DNA of 61,231 nucleotides, counting the filler, from Circinaria calcarea (Eukaryota): the NCBI GenBank assembly GCA_051942165.1. It is 10 parts of 10 records of this genome, joined end to end, with 100 filler letters (N's around TTAATTAATTAA, not from the genome) between each part and the next. Parts side by side here need not be neighbours in the genome. Positions count along the whole stretch, not along the records: positions 1 to 6,052 come from JAVECS010001690.1; positions 6,153 to 12,194 come from JAVECS010001691.1; 8 more parts are not named here. One strand, 5' to 3'. The notes below the pieces were generated by a model that was given only the letters and a program-made list of their open reading frames with translations, was not told the DNA's origin and searched no databases. Shown in pieces: positions 1-10,886 of the stretch; position 1 is the first letter of the stretch, and the number at the start of each line of letters is the position of its first letter. The position numbers and the translations under genes were made by a program.

Positions 1-2422
1 CTGGGTAATCGAGTCCGGAATCAAGCAGCCTGCGTCGGATTGCTCGGATCAGGCGTTCAGCAAGCGAACGCCACAAAACGTGGTCGCGGTTGACCCTCAC
101 ACCAGATTCTGCATAAAGGCATGCCGCCGAGATCAGCTGCATGAGAGGTTCATAGAGAGTGGCAAAGAGGATGATGATGAAGGAAGCAGTCTGGCGGAAC
201 GTCGCTTGGGGAATTGCTGCCGAGTTGGAAGATGGTTACCATAAGGTTTGCCAGCAAGCGCAAATGGGACTGGGATGGTTTGATGACAATCGTTCGGAAC
301 TTCGGACCAACTGGACAAATACACAATCGCGGGTGGTGATTGGGTCTGGTAGGAAAAGCAGTCATTAGTAGCAATGAGAGTGAGTGCATGGCACAGCAAC
401 TCGAAGGTCTCCGTGATATGGAGTACGTGCAGATGCTCCGTATCCTTTATTTCCTCGATTGCATTGCCGCCAAAAGAAAGCAGAAGCGCTCGGAAGAGAG
501 CACCGGATGGAGAGAAAGTACCGGCACTAGCACTCTTCCCTCCACTCCCGTGTTACAGTCTACAAAGCAACTTTACCCCGATCGGTCAGTGCCATCCCGG
601 TCCTCATCCAACTCCTCTCGCGTTTCTCTTACGCCCAACGAAGTAACCCCATGTACATACGAGATAGCTTGAAGCCGTTGACACGGCTTCCGTCATTCCC
701 GCTGTGTTAAGGTCGGGTAAGTAGTAGATCCGCCGGATGGTTGAGCTGGCTTCGAATTAATAATAAAGTGTATCCTTATCGGGCGTCCGCCGTGAAAATA
801 GGCTGAATTGCTCACTGTTTGTTACACAAGCAGAGTAGACTCAGCTTATGGCAACGCCTTTGTCACAACACACTACTCAGACACTGCCCGTTGCCCAGTG
901 ACCGAGGCTAACAGGATATTCAGACTCAATCGCCATAGTGGTTCCATGCGCGTTCCAGGTTCCCATTCGAATTCTACTGATTGATTGACAAGGCCTATCC
1001 GTTCCTGGCAAACCTTGCCTTTCCTACACGTTTCACTCGGCGGCGCCATGCAAGCTGGTGGCGTACCCTGGGTGAAGATGGGACAGGATCATGGTCGACA
1101 TGATCTTCAAAGCTTCAAACCTCCAAAAGTTGCGTGATGACCGAAGAAGCTGGCGCTCCTGGTCTGACTGCAGCATGCGCAGCCTTGATGCCTTGAAAGG
1201 GAAGGTAGGTGCAGAGGTACGGATTTTGATGGTATCGATGCTATTCTTGTCGAGAGCGCCTTCATCCAGCCTGGTGGTTATTTTTGATCATCCGCCGTCA
1301 CGTTCAACGGTATAGTCGCGCTTTACGGTCAAGCTTTTTCAACAAGAACCTGGTTGCTTTGGGGGAGGGTGTGCTACAAGAACAACACTAGGTACCTTAC
1401 GATAATAGCACGTATCGGTCTTTAAATGTCTTAATGTCGAGCTGGGCCGAGAAGAGCAAGAATCCCGAGGTTCTAGGCGAAGGCTGAAAGGGACGATACT
1501 GTACTCGGACTAGTGGAAATCCTTATAGAACCCGCCCGTTCGGACCCTGCTAGTCATCTTCTCTACTCCGTACCTAGTCACCGCTTTCTTCCATCCCATT
1601 GTCGACACTGCCCGGGAGCAGTCGCCCTTTCGTACAGGGACGAGTCCGTATCGGCTCAAGGGGTGTCCAAGTCTCCCCCCCGTACCGGAGCGATACGCTG
1701 TGCGTGCTTCGAAGCCACGCAGTCGAAGGAGCCGGTTTCATCTCCCCCAACTCAAATCCGAACCTGTCGATTTCTTCCTCCCGCGCCATGGCATCATCTC
1801 ACCCCTCCACAACCGTTTATATTCAGGGGCTCGACGGCTACCAGGTGCTCGGGACTATGCCACACTCCCTCGTGCCAGTTTTTCCCTTCCTTCCACGTGT
1901 GCATACCCTCGGTGGGAAGAGGTATCCCCCGTGCTGCGCCAATAGCATCTGGCCGTACAAGCCCAATCGGTTTTTTGGCCGACACAATCGGGCAAGGGAC
2001 CCAACTGCTCGGATTGCGAATGAAAAAAGCTGTCTTTGCTGACCCTCTCCCTGGCCAGAATTTCTCTTTCGTCAACTCTGCAGATCAGTGATCTCGAATA
2101 CCTCGCCTCCACAAGCTGACCTCTTCACCTCCTCTCTCGACCGACTTTACTTCGGTACAGGGAGCAGCAGCGTATGATTGAATCTAATTCGATTTCGATC
2201 GTAAGGGTTGCCAGGTGCTGACCGAGAGCACAGCATCCTTGGGGACTTCTCTTCGTCTTGGATCGAGAAGGTTCCAGGCATCGAGTCGGTCTGGTAGCGA
2301 AGCATTCGTATTTGCCGGGCACCCATTTGACACGCGCGGAGTCTTCCAAGACTGTCGTGCCCCTCACTGTTGACCTCGGGGTCTGTTAGCGGTGATATAT
2401 CTACTCCTACATCTCCTGCATC

Positions 2423-5306
2423 ATGGCTACAACACCACCAGAGATCGGTAGTCGGCAAGAACATCGTCAAGGGACATCCCAGAGCTTTTCCTCGTCCTCA
2501 CAGCCACCTGCTGCCGCTTATCAGTCAATCTCTTCTCCAGCACAGCGTCGACCGTCTTCATCGCGTATCTCACCAGTCGCAACTCCATCGCCAGGACCTG
2601 GGGGGACACCACTCCCAAAACGTCGCGCAAGCTTCAAATCAATGGCACACGAGCATCGAGGTAGTAGTAGACCCTCACACGGTAGCTCGTCAGCAGTCGC
2701 ACCTGGTATTGTCGACCCCGACCATCCGGTTAGGCTCACTCCAGTTACCCATCGTGTGAGCAAAGCGAAGAAGGGCCTGAAGGTCCATGTTTGTGAGCAT
2801 GATGGCTGTAGAAAGGCATGACTCCACTTCAAATCCAAAGGATTGAGAAGCTGACCACTATCCAGGTCTACTCTCGAGCAGAGCACCTCAAGTAGGCTTA
2901 CCACTGACACTTCTCTAATATGACAATGCTAAACTCTGCTACAGACGCCATGAAGCAAACCATCGGGATGTACCCTTGCTCACGTGTGAAGTCTGTCAGA
3001 AGCCTTTCCAACGGAGGGACTTGCTGAGCCGACATTTAGAGAGGCAGTGAGTACTCCTCTTCACCGTATTAGCGGATGGTGCTAATCGAGTAGACACGAG
3101 ATGAGATCAGCAAGCGGATCGGCGAGTGGGCGACGTTCCCGTCGTCGTAGTTCTAGCCAAGCGTCTTCGGTGACAACGTCAAGCCAAGCCCATTCACCTG
3201 CACCTGCTACGGCTGGAGGTGGGTCACCAACCATGGAGATGACAGCCATCACACATCCCTCGACTTCTATGTCTATTCAGTCCATCATTGCGCCTAATAC
3301 AAATCTTGACTTCTCAACACCTTCAAATACAACGTGGGATAATAGAAGCTTCATGGGCATAGCACCTGGCCCCCACGACCTGATGAATCCACTCTACCCT
3401 CGTGACGACGACACCTCCTCTGACGGCAGTACCTACTCACCAGCCTCGGATGGTCTTCAGAATCGGATACAACCCCAGGTATTTCTGCCTCAATATTGTC
3501 ACACCGATCCTCGGTCAAACGCGCATCCGGAAGACTTTTCGATCCACGCACACCCTGCAGTACCGTTGAGCACGTCGAATTATCCGGACTGGAGCGACTG
3601 CGATATTAGTCAACCCTTCAATGGGTTAGATATCGGACTCGAAAGGCAGTTCTCTGCTTCAGTGGGTAATCCACCATTTGTTTATATAGCCCAAGAACCC
3701 TCAGTTGATACCCTGACAGACGCGCGCCCCCGAAATACCCTACCATTTATGGAGCGAGACGGACGGACTAGCTTACGGAGTGGATATACAAATGCGCCAA
3801 TCATGGTATCAGGGCAGGGACGCATGGTAGATATGGACGATGAGACTTTGCAGCATTACTATGAGTGTTACATGACCAGCTTTCATTCTATCTTCCCGAT
3901 TTTGCATCACTCGACTTTGAGGTCAATGAGTCCTCCACCTCTACTTAATGCGATGATCCTTGCAATCGGTACACAATTTTCTCCTCGTCCTGTTTCGAAG
4001 TGGCATTCGATATTACTGTTTGAAGCGGCCTCGAAACCTCTTGCAAATCTTGTCCCAACGGTGAGGGTTCAAGGATTTTGGGTCAATGACCAATACTTAT
4101 ACTTACAAGGATGCTAGATCAATCCTATCACGAGCCAAACTCTAAGCGACTTGCAAAGCATTTTTCTTGCAGAAGTCTTTTTGTTATATCGTTCGCGCTC
4201 GCCAGGCGTTTACCATTCAGCTAAGTTTGATGCATTATATTCAACTGTCTGTCATCCTGGCTAGGCACTGGATCATCCCGAGCTGACCTTTCAATTAGCT
4301 CCTGAACGACCCGGAATTGTTGAATCCTAATTCCCCTACGATTGAGCGTCTTGGCCAGACATCAAGCCATGAAATTCTCCAGACTTTGTATTGCCAATGG
4401 ATCAATCTCGAGGCCCGGCGGAGACTCTTACTTGCGGCATTCGTATTTGACACCCACAGCAGCATACTATTTTTCCAAAACCCCCGGCATATTTTCCCTT
4501 TCCCCGCGGGTCCTAACCTACCGCGATTATGTCCGGCAAAATTATGGGAATGTTCAGATCTTACGACTTGGCGTACTCTTGTTATTCGGTGTCCCGGCCT
4601 ATCGGTTACTTCAACACCGAGCGATCCGCCTCTTTCTCCCTTTCATCGCTCTATCCTACAATGCCTTACTATTCACTACGGCTCCTTGCGCAGTTCCACA
4701 TCCTCTCCTGCGCCACTTCTAAGGCTTTCACTAAGCGACTCCACCCACCATGCCCTTTTGCTTGCTACGCAGACACCGGTCCGCTCTCTCTTACTCGTCG
4801 CCGCCGAGTCGTGGCTCTTTGCACGGAAGGTCACGGATCCCACAGCATGGACAATGGCGAAAACAGAGCTGCGGATTTGGGTAGGGAGCGAGGCTGGAGC
4901 GAAGGCAGCTTGGCATGCGAGCCAGCTTCTTCGAAACGTGTTTGGCAATTCGAAATCGTCAGATGAAAACGGTACGGGCATGGGGCTTCATGAACAATGG
5001 TGTCTTTACCTCGCCGCCCTAGTCTGCTGGGCTTACGGATTCTCATCCCAGCATATGGAGGCGCAAAATCCTTGCTCATCCGATCTACAACAGCGAGAGG
5101 TGCTGTTGTGGAAGTATCTGAATCTAGTGGACGGGCAGAATTGGAGGCGGATGCAGGCGATGAGAGGGATCGGCTTGACGAGGGGTGTACTTGAGTGCGT
5201 GAGAGCTCGGATGGGGGGTGGTGCGCGGATGGGGAAGTTGGTGTGTGAGGGTAAGGATGTGTTGAGACGGTTGGTGGAGGGGAGGAGTCGGCTGTGCTGG
5301 TTTTGA
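2423..5306 (+). CDS. C2H2 zinc-finger transcription factor with C-terminal fungal-specific TF (Fungal_trans-like) domain
   Basis: Manual splicing (introns 2816-2865 GC-AG, 2892-2944, 3047-3093, 4061-4117, 4247-4298) gives two C2H2 fingers (CEHDGCRKVYSRAEHLKRHEANH; CEVCQKPFQRRDLLSRHLERQH), a Ser-rich linker, then YYECYMTSFHSIFPILH and WINLEARRRLLLAAFVFD motifs typical of fungal TF middle-homology regions. Confidence 0.88.
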
Positions 5307-5583
5307 TGGGAGTGTGGTGGGTATTCAGGGATGGAGGGGAAGAAAAGTTCTTGTCAGCCATTTGTACTTGTATCTTCGTTCAGTAATCAGCAATGGGTCA
5401 TGGTTACCGGATCGGCATGGAAACCGGAAAGAAGGAGGGGTAATGGGAGAAAACCTTGTACGCTTCTGGGAAAGAGTTGAGTAGCAAAATTTTCTGATTC
5501 GCTATAGTTCCATTTGTAGCCCACTCCTTTCTTGATGCCGTCTTTTTTTCGTTTGGTAGAGGAAGAGGGAGAGTTGGGTTGAA

Positions 5584-5626
5584 TTGGGTGTTGGGTATTG
5601 GGTGTTGGGTATTAGGTATTGGGTAT
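5584..5626. repeat. short tandem repeat (TTGGGTR) x~6
   Basis: ttgggtg ttgggta ttgggtg ttgggta ttaggta ttgggta. Confidence 0.7.
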
Positions 5627-6052
5627 GTCATGCTCTACGCTTACCATAGGGGGTGGCGAAACCTCGTTTTAACTAGCGTCTTGGCGTATGGTTTGAGAAA
5701 AACCTTTCACGCAACATAGTTTTTCCTCCTTGACGATTTAATTCTCCAATATACTTACTGCGTATAGCCATCGTATTGCTCACCACATACCTTGACCATA
5801 GATACTTTGTCAAGTAAAAGTACTTCTTCTACGACCTAACAGGGTAGGTATTAGGTCTTGGGGGATGAGCGGCAAGAAGGGGGGACTCTTCTGTCTCTCT
5901 CTCTCTCTCTCTCTCTTTCGTTGGCCTTTTGCCTTTTGCCCTTGCTTATCTTGCGGGGATATGCATGGATACCCTTTTGTGTTGTTTATTAAATTCGTAT
6001 TCAATTCATGCCAGATCGTACTTCGGACTCTATTTCCTGGGGGGAAGAGGGA

Positions 6053-6152
6053 NNNNNNNNNNNNNNNNNNNNNNNNNNNNNNNNNNNNNNNNNNNNTTAA
6101 TTAATTAANNNNNNNNNNNNNNNNNNNNNNNNNNNNNNNNNNNNNNNNNNNN
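6053..6152. other. artificial contig spacer N44-TTAATTAATTAA-N44 (also at 12195-12294, 18333-18432, 24466-24565, 30597-30696, 36726-36825, 42855-42954, 48983-49082, 55110-55209)
   Basis: Identical 100-nt linker nine times, with stops in all six frames; genes are truncated at the linkers. Confidence 0.99.
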
Positions 6153-6297
6153 TGTAACGAGCCTCGCGCGCCTCAGTAACGAGGGCCTAGGCGGCTTGAA
6201 GACGGGGTGGCGGTAGAAAACAGACCGTATGTAGAACGCTACTGTAAATAGGGTTGGATTGTTATTGCTGATGGTATAGTACAGTTGCCTTGCACGA

Positions 6298-9200
6298 TCA
6301 GTTACCAGCACCATATTGCACTGCTGCAATGCTGGCGCTCCTGAGCTTCTCTACCATCGACTCTACCTCCACGCCTAAAGCAGCCTCGTCACCCTCCCCA
6401 TTCTTAGTCCCCTTCGCCCCTTTCTTTCCAGTTGCCAACTTCTTCTTCTCTTCCTTTCCCTTCTCCTTCCTCTCCACCGCGAATGCTTTCTCCCTCGCAA
6501 CCGCCTCTGCCTTTGCCGCCTTTGCCGCCTCCGCCCGCTTCTTCTCCTCCGCCCGGTTCTGCTCTTTGGCTAGGCGCTTTTCCTCCCGCTCGTCTTGTTT
6601 CCGCGCGAGCATGTCCGAGGCGTGGCGGGAGATGACGTTGCGCTTTTGCTTCAAGCGCTGCGTGAATGTCGTGGCTGTCTCCTCATCGCCACTGCCGCCT
6701 TTTTCGTCTGAGTTCTCGGATATTGTTTGGCTGGGTATGCTTTTCCCATCGGGTATTTCTTCGCTTAGACCGATTCCCAGGTCTTTGGACAGTGTAGAAT
6801 TGGGCTGTGTTACAATAGCAGATTGGCGTGTAACCTGGCCTCCTCGACCTTCGGCCTTGCTAGGCACTTTTCCATTCCGCTCATTTCTATCCTCCTTATC
6901 CTCCTGGAGGCTCTCTGAGGATGCTTGCGTTTTGGAATCTTGCTTCGATATGCTTTCTGGGCCGTCTAGAAATACCCTTAAACCGTTTATTTTTAACTCC
7001 TGGCCTTCATCGGTCATAATCCATGCCTCATTCGAATTTTGCCTAACAGAATCGTCGGGCTCTTTTCTTACCCGGTGCTGGTCCTTTGTGGCTTTGTCGG
7101 CTTGGTCTTCGATTGTAGATTCGGCGATACCTGAGTCTTGTTTCCTGGGACTTTTCCGACGATAGCCAATTCTTTGCGCTACCGTACCCCATTTCTCATT
7201 GGTGCCACACTCTTTGATCCATTGCCACATAGTGGCAAGTCTCTCATCTTCTCCGAGTTCTTTGGCGTACACTTTGACCGACTGCGACACAGTCGCAAGC
7301 CCGAGGTTACCTTGGTGTTTGAGAAATTCAGCCGCCTTGACGTAGGAGTCATTGGAGCTAATATCGTTGAGCCAACCCTGAGTAAGCGAAAGGATATGCT
7401 GCGTCTCCTCCGTCTCCGCATCACCTATGACTGAAGGACTGTTGCTTCGCATTGGCGAGGCAAACGGAGTTGACATGGCGGAACCAGCCAAGGGACTCTC
7501 CGGATATTGTTGGAATCGGATCCACGTTTTTCCATTCTCGCACAACCTCCAGCCATCTTGTTTCTCGTTTGCAACCGCTCTCAGCTTTCGCTCTTGCCTT
7601 TTGACCCGTGGATTGGTCCACCATGTTAAACCGTCCCGGTGGTGTATAAAGTAGTGCCGACCATGTTTTGTCCACCGCATTTCCCACAGAGCCGGTAAAT
7701 TCTGTCTTTCCTTTTCATATGGATGCTGGTCGGAGTACGTATTCTCCCTGAAATTGAAATAACAAAGATCCCCGTTGGCTTTGCGTCGAGAAACCCACTC
7801 AGAGGGCAGGGGTTCAATAAACACATTGTCGAAGGAGGTAAGTTCTCCGACGGAAAGTTGTGGGTACTCTCGCACTTCGAAGCCTGCCGGATCATCAAGG
7901 TCAAACACTGGGATGCTGGTATGGGCAATATCTCCACCCTCAAACCATATCCACTCAATACCCTTCTCATCCAGCTTCCAGCCACATGCATTATTCTTCA
8001 AGGTGGTATTTTTCACGAGCTTATTGCGGGTCCACCACGATGATCCTCGTCCATGTTGAGAATGAATCCAGTACTGTCTAGCATTCTGAGTATATCTCAT
8101 TTCCCAAGCTGGGAGTAGTTTCCGCCTCTTATCGTTGTTGGGGTGGGTACTCCTTCGAATCTTGCCTTTTGCATGTATATATATCTTCTGCCCATCTTCT
8201 TCTATTACGAGCTCCCATCCTGTCGGAAGAGGTTCAATAAAGCTGCTCTGCGGTGGGGTGGCGGGGCATAGTGACGCCGTATTGTCTGGAGAGTATTTTG
8301 GTCCATCGCGTGCTTTCCATCGTATTTCTCCTGTCTGTAGATTTCGATATTTTTTCCCATGATCTTCATCCCATTCCACATTCCAGTTTTCCAATAGCAG
8401 AAGCCGACGTTCATCTTCGATCTCTTGTCTCGTGGGATGCATCGTAGTAGAAGTTGATGGTTCGACGTTGTAATTCACATAATATTTCTGGCCCTCTGCT
8501 GTTCGCCGTAGCTCCCAACCGTGAGGCAGGGGCATAATTGTGGATTTTACCCAATCAGCTGTCAGTCTTCTTTTAAGTGCCCATATCTCCTTTGTTCCAG
8601 GTCGAGTACTTCGTACTTCTCCATTGAGAACATTAACGTAAGACGTCACGCCATCTTCCTCCTGAACCTCTTTCCATCTTTTAGATATTGGGACGTCTGA
8701 GACCCTTAGATACATCTCTTGCTGATCTGGAGCATCCCAAGTTTGTGTCCCATGTATATGGTCGAGGAAATATGGTATACCACTGTCGGTTAATCGTCTT
8801 TCATACCTTGCCACAAGATGCTTCTCGATTGCCCGTACATTGGACTTAGATCTTTTTCTAATGCCGCTCCCGTCAAGGCACCTTGGCCTTGCGCGCTTTG
8901 GAGATGTGAATTCGGAGTCTAGCAGCTTGGGGGACGCACCTATAGCTACCAGCGACGCTTCAATGCCACCTTTGAGCCCTACATCGGCTTCCGAAACGAA
9001 GGACTCCATCATGCGCTGACTAGCAAGGAAAACGACCGCGAACGCCCATCGTGGCGTCCCAACCACGAAGCCAGCAGTAAGCCATGGCAAAGCCTTCAGC
9101 CAAACTAATTGATCACCGTCATCCCGTATTCCTTTCACCGCTTCCGCTACCAGGTCCATCTTGAGAGCCGGTTTTCCGTCTATCCCACGCTCGAAATAAG

Positions 9201-10119
9201 AAAACTCCGTTCTCTTCCTAAGAGACAGGGAAGATTCGAGGATAGAATAGCACCAATGGTCTTTTGCAACGCTCAATTTCCTCACGATACCCTTGACGCC
9301 GTCTATATCCTCCTTAATCCATCTCCGTTTAGGGTAGTGAATAGAGCGTGACGTCAGAATTTCAAGTGTATTTGTTAAAACCCTTTCGTGCTTCGCAATG
9401 ACCTCTTTGTCACATCCTCGTCGTTCATAGTACAGTCTTGTGATTACGAGCATCGATTCGCAGAAGAATTGCCGGGTCCACTCGGTCAATGATTTCAGAC
9501 CCGCTCGATACTGGGAGAGACCTCCAATGTCACGAAGCATATTGTCAACGGCCACTTGACAGTTGTTGGACCACACAGCGTATTTGTTAAGATGCATTCG
9601 ATTCAGTCTAGAGAATTGACTATCGCCGACTGCTTTGATTTCCTGATCGGTAAGAGCAGTCACACCTTGCAGGTATGTATTTATGATCTGACTTTCTTGT
9701 TCCTCGCTCCATTTGGACATCCGTAAGCCAGTGCGCGTAGGATCCGTGTGAGCCCGTTGAAGCTCGAAGTACTGGTCGCCGACCTTGATGGCCCAGTGCA
9801 TTGCCCACGATAGTTTCGTCTTACTTTTATCCGATGCCTGCCTCAAGAGTATCGCCCCCCGAGTCCCGCCTAGGGAAACTGCTGGGGTGGTCACAATAGC
9901 GATTTCGCGTACGTCGTCCCGGTTAGCAAGGCGTCTTTTCAGCCTCTCCTCTCGGAGTAGCATTTCTCTGACATTCGGGTCCAAAGAAGCATTCTCCCCG
10001 TCCCTGGTTACATCAAATTCCATCTCTCCTAGCTTCACGTCGAGGAGGTCTTCGTTGTCCAAAGCGTCCGTGGAAAAGCGGACACAGTCTAGGCCAACAG
10101 GGTAGTATAGTGTCTTCAT
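6298..10119 (-). CDS. 1273-aa protein: permuted papain-like (PPPDE/LRAT-type) peptidase domain + hydrophobic segment + ~8 WW domains + charged coiled-coil tail
   Basis: Uninterrupted 3.8-kb ORF; MHWAIKVGDQYFEL (His108) and KYAVWSNNCQ (Cys187); WW units such as PLPHGWELRRTAEGQKYYVNY, LPAWEMRYTQNARQYWIH and LPALWEMRWTKHGRHYFIHHRDGLTWWTNP. Confidence 0.85.
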   Translation of the reverse strand: MKTLYYPVGLDCVRFSTDALDNEDLLDVKLGEMEFDVTRDGENASLDPNVREMLLREERLKRRLANRDDVREIAIVTTPAVSLGGTRGAILLRQASDKSKTKLSWAMHWAIKVGDQYFELQRAHTDPTRTGLRMSKWSEEQESQIINTYLQGVTALTDQEIKAVGDSQFSRLNRMHLNKYAVWSNNCQVAVDNMLRDIGGLSQYRAGLKSLTEWTRQFFCESMLVITRLYYERRGCDKEVIAKHERVLTNTLEILTSRSIHYPKRRWIKEDIDGVKGIVRKLSVAKDHWCYSILESSLSLRKRTEFSYFERGIDGKPALKMDLVAEAVKGIRDDGDQLVWLKALPWLTAGFVVGTPRWAFAVVFLASQRMMESFVSEADVGLKGGIEASLVAIGASPKLLDSEFTSPKRARPRCLDGSGIRKRSKSNVRAIEKHLVARYERRLTDSGIPYFLDHIHGTQTWDAPDQQEMYLRVSDVPISKRWKEVQEEDGVTSYVNVLNGEVRSTRPGTKEIWALKRRLTADWVKSTIMPLPHGWELRRTAEGQKYYVNYNVEPSTSTTMHPTRQEIEDERRLLLLENWNVEWDEDHGKKYRNLQTGEIRWKARDGPKYSPDNTASLCPATPPQSSFIEPLPTGWELVIEEDGQKIYIHAKGKIRRSTHPNNDKRRKLLPAWEMRYTQNARQYWIHSQHGRGSSWWTRNKLVKNTTLKNNACGWKLDEKGIEWIWFEGGDIAHTSIPVFDLDDPAGFEVREYPQLSVGELTSFDNVFIEPLPSEWVSRRKANGDLCYFNFRENTYSDQHPYEKERQNLPALWEMRWTKHGRHYFIHHRDGLTWWTNPRVKRQERKLRAVANEKQDGWRLCENGKTWIRFQQYPESPLAGSAMSTPFASPMRSNSPSVIGDAETEETQHILSLTQGWLNDISSNDSYVKAAEFLKHQGNLGLATVSQSVKVYAKELGEDERLATMWQWIKECGTNEKWGTVAQRIGYRRKSPRKQDSGIAESTIEDQADKATKDQHRVRKEPDDSVRQNSNEAWIMTDEGQELKINGLRVFLDGPESISKQDSKTQASSESLQEDKEDRNERNGKVPSKAEGRGGQVTRQSAIVTQPNSTLSKDLGIGLSEEIPDGKSIPSQTISENSDEKGGSGDEETATTFTQRLKQKRNVISRHASDMLARKQDEREEKRLAKEQNRAEEKKRAEAAKAAKAEAVAREKAFAVERKEKGKEEKKKLATGKKGAKGTKNGEGDEAALGVEVESMVEKLRSASIAAVQYGAGN

Positions 10120-10886
10120 GATGGATACCTAAGTGTAATGAATGATCTCAGGAGTCAATACGGAGTCGATGGTAGAAAGAATAGCATCGAGTGTTGGCAA
10201 GTGCCATGTATAAGATGCATCAGCAGGTTTTGCTGCGGCAACTTACGGTGTCATTGTGAACTGTAAATGTCCTCTAATGTACTGCTCTCCGCCCCTGCGA
10301 GCTTGGCGGATAGTTTCCCGTGTACCACAAGGCTATGATACCTGAAACGGCCCCCATTCTGCGGACTCGGGTCTGAAGGAGCTCTGAGGGTGACTCGGAA
10401 CGGCCCTGATAGGTGGTGCCTTATTGCCAAGCCTGCTGTGCCACCGCCATTGAAGCTCCCTGCGCCCGTTTCAGGTTGGAATCCATGCAACGCGGAAAAG
10501 TCATGGCAGAAGGTGCTCGGATGTTGTGGAGGCTGATAAATGCCCCGAGAACCGCAGCTCCCTGCATTCGATCAACCACCATCGGCGCGGCGGACAGAGG
10601 ACAATTTTAGGACACGAGAACGAGCACTCGTCATTCGTGATCATAAAGACTCGGTTTTCTCCCCGATTGACCTACATGTGCGGTATTTGATGGTGTTGCC
10701 CAATCTTATCGAAATTGGATACACTCTTTTAGCCTTGGTTTATTATCCAGAACGGCCATGCTTCCGTTTGAACAAGGGGCAATAGATGGAGAGGCTTCGC
10801 GCCCTGATGGAGCCACTCCGGCAAATGGAGCTGTCTACGGCATCAATTGGGTGTATGCAAGAGTGTGCAAGGGCGTCTCCATAGCG

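Noticed and set aside
5584..5626. TTGGGT-type repeat as a telomere seed
   Set aside because: 7-mer unit rather than TTAGGG, short and internal; an ordinary microsatellite
6053..6152. Regularly spaced TTAATTAATTAA repeats as a CRISPR-like or biological repeat
   Set aside because: Embedded in fixed N runs at contig ends; an artificial linker
6290..7165. 291-aa plus-strand ORF
   Set aside because: Antisense shadow of the Lys/Glu/Ala-rich tail of the WW protein
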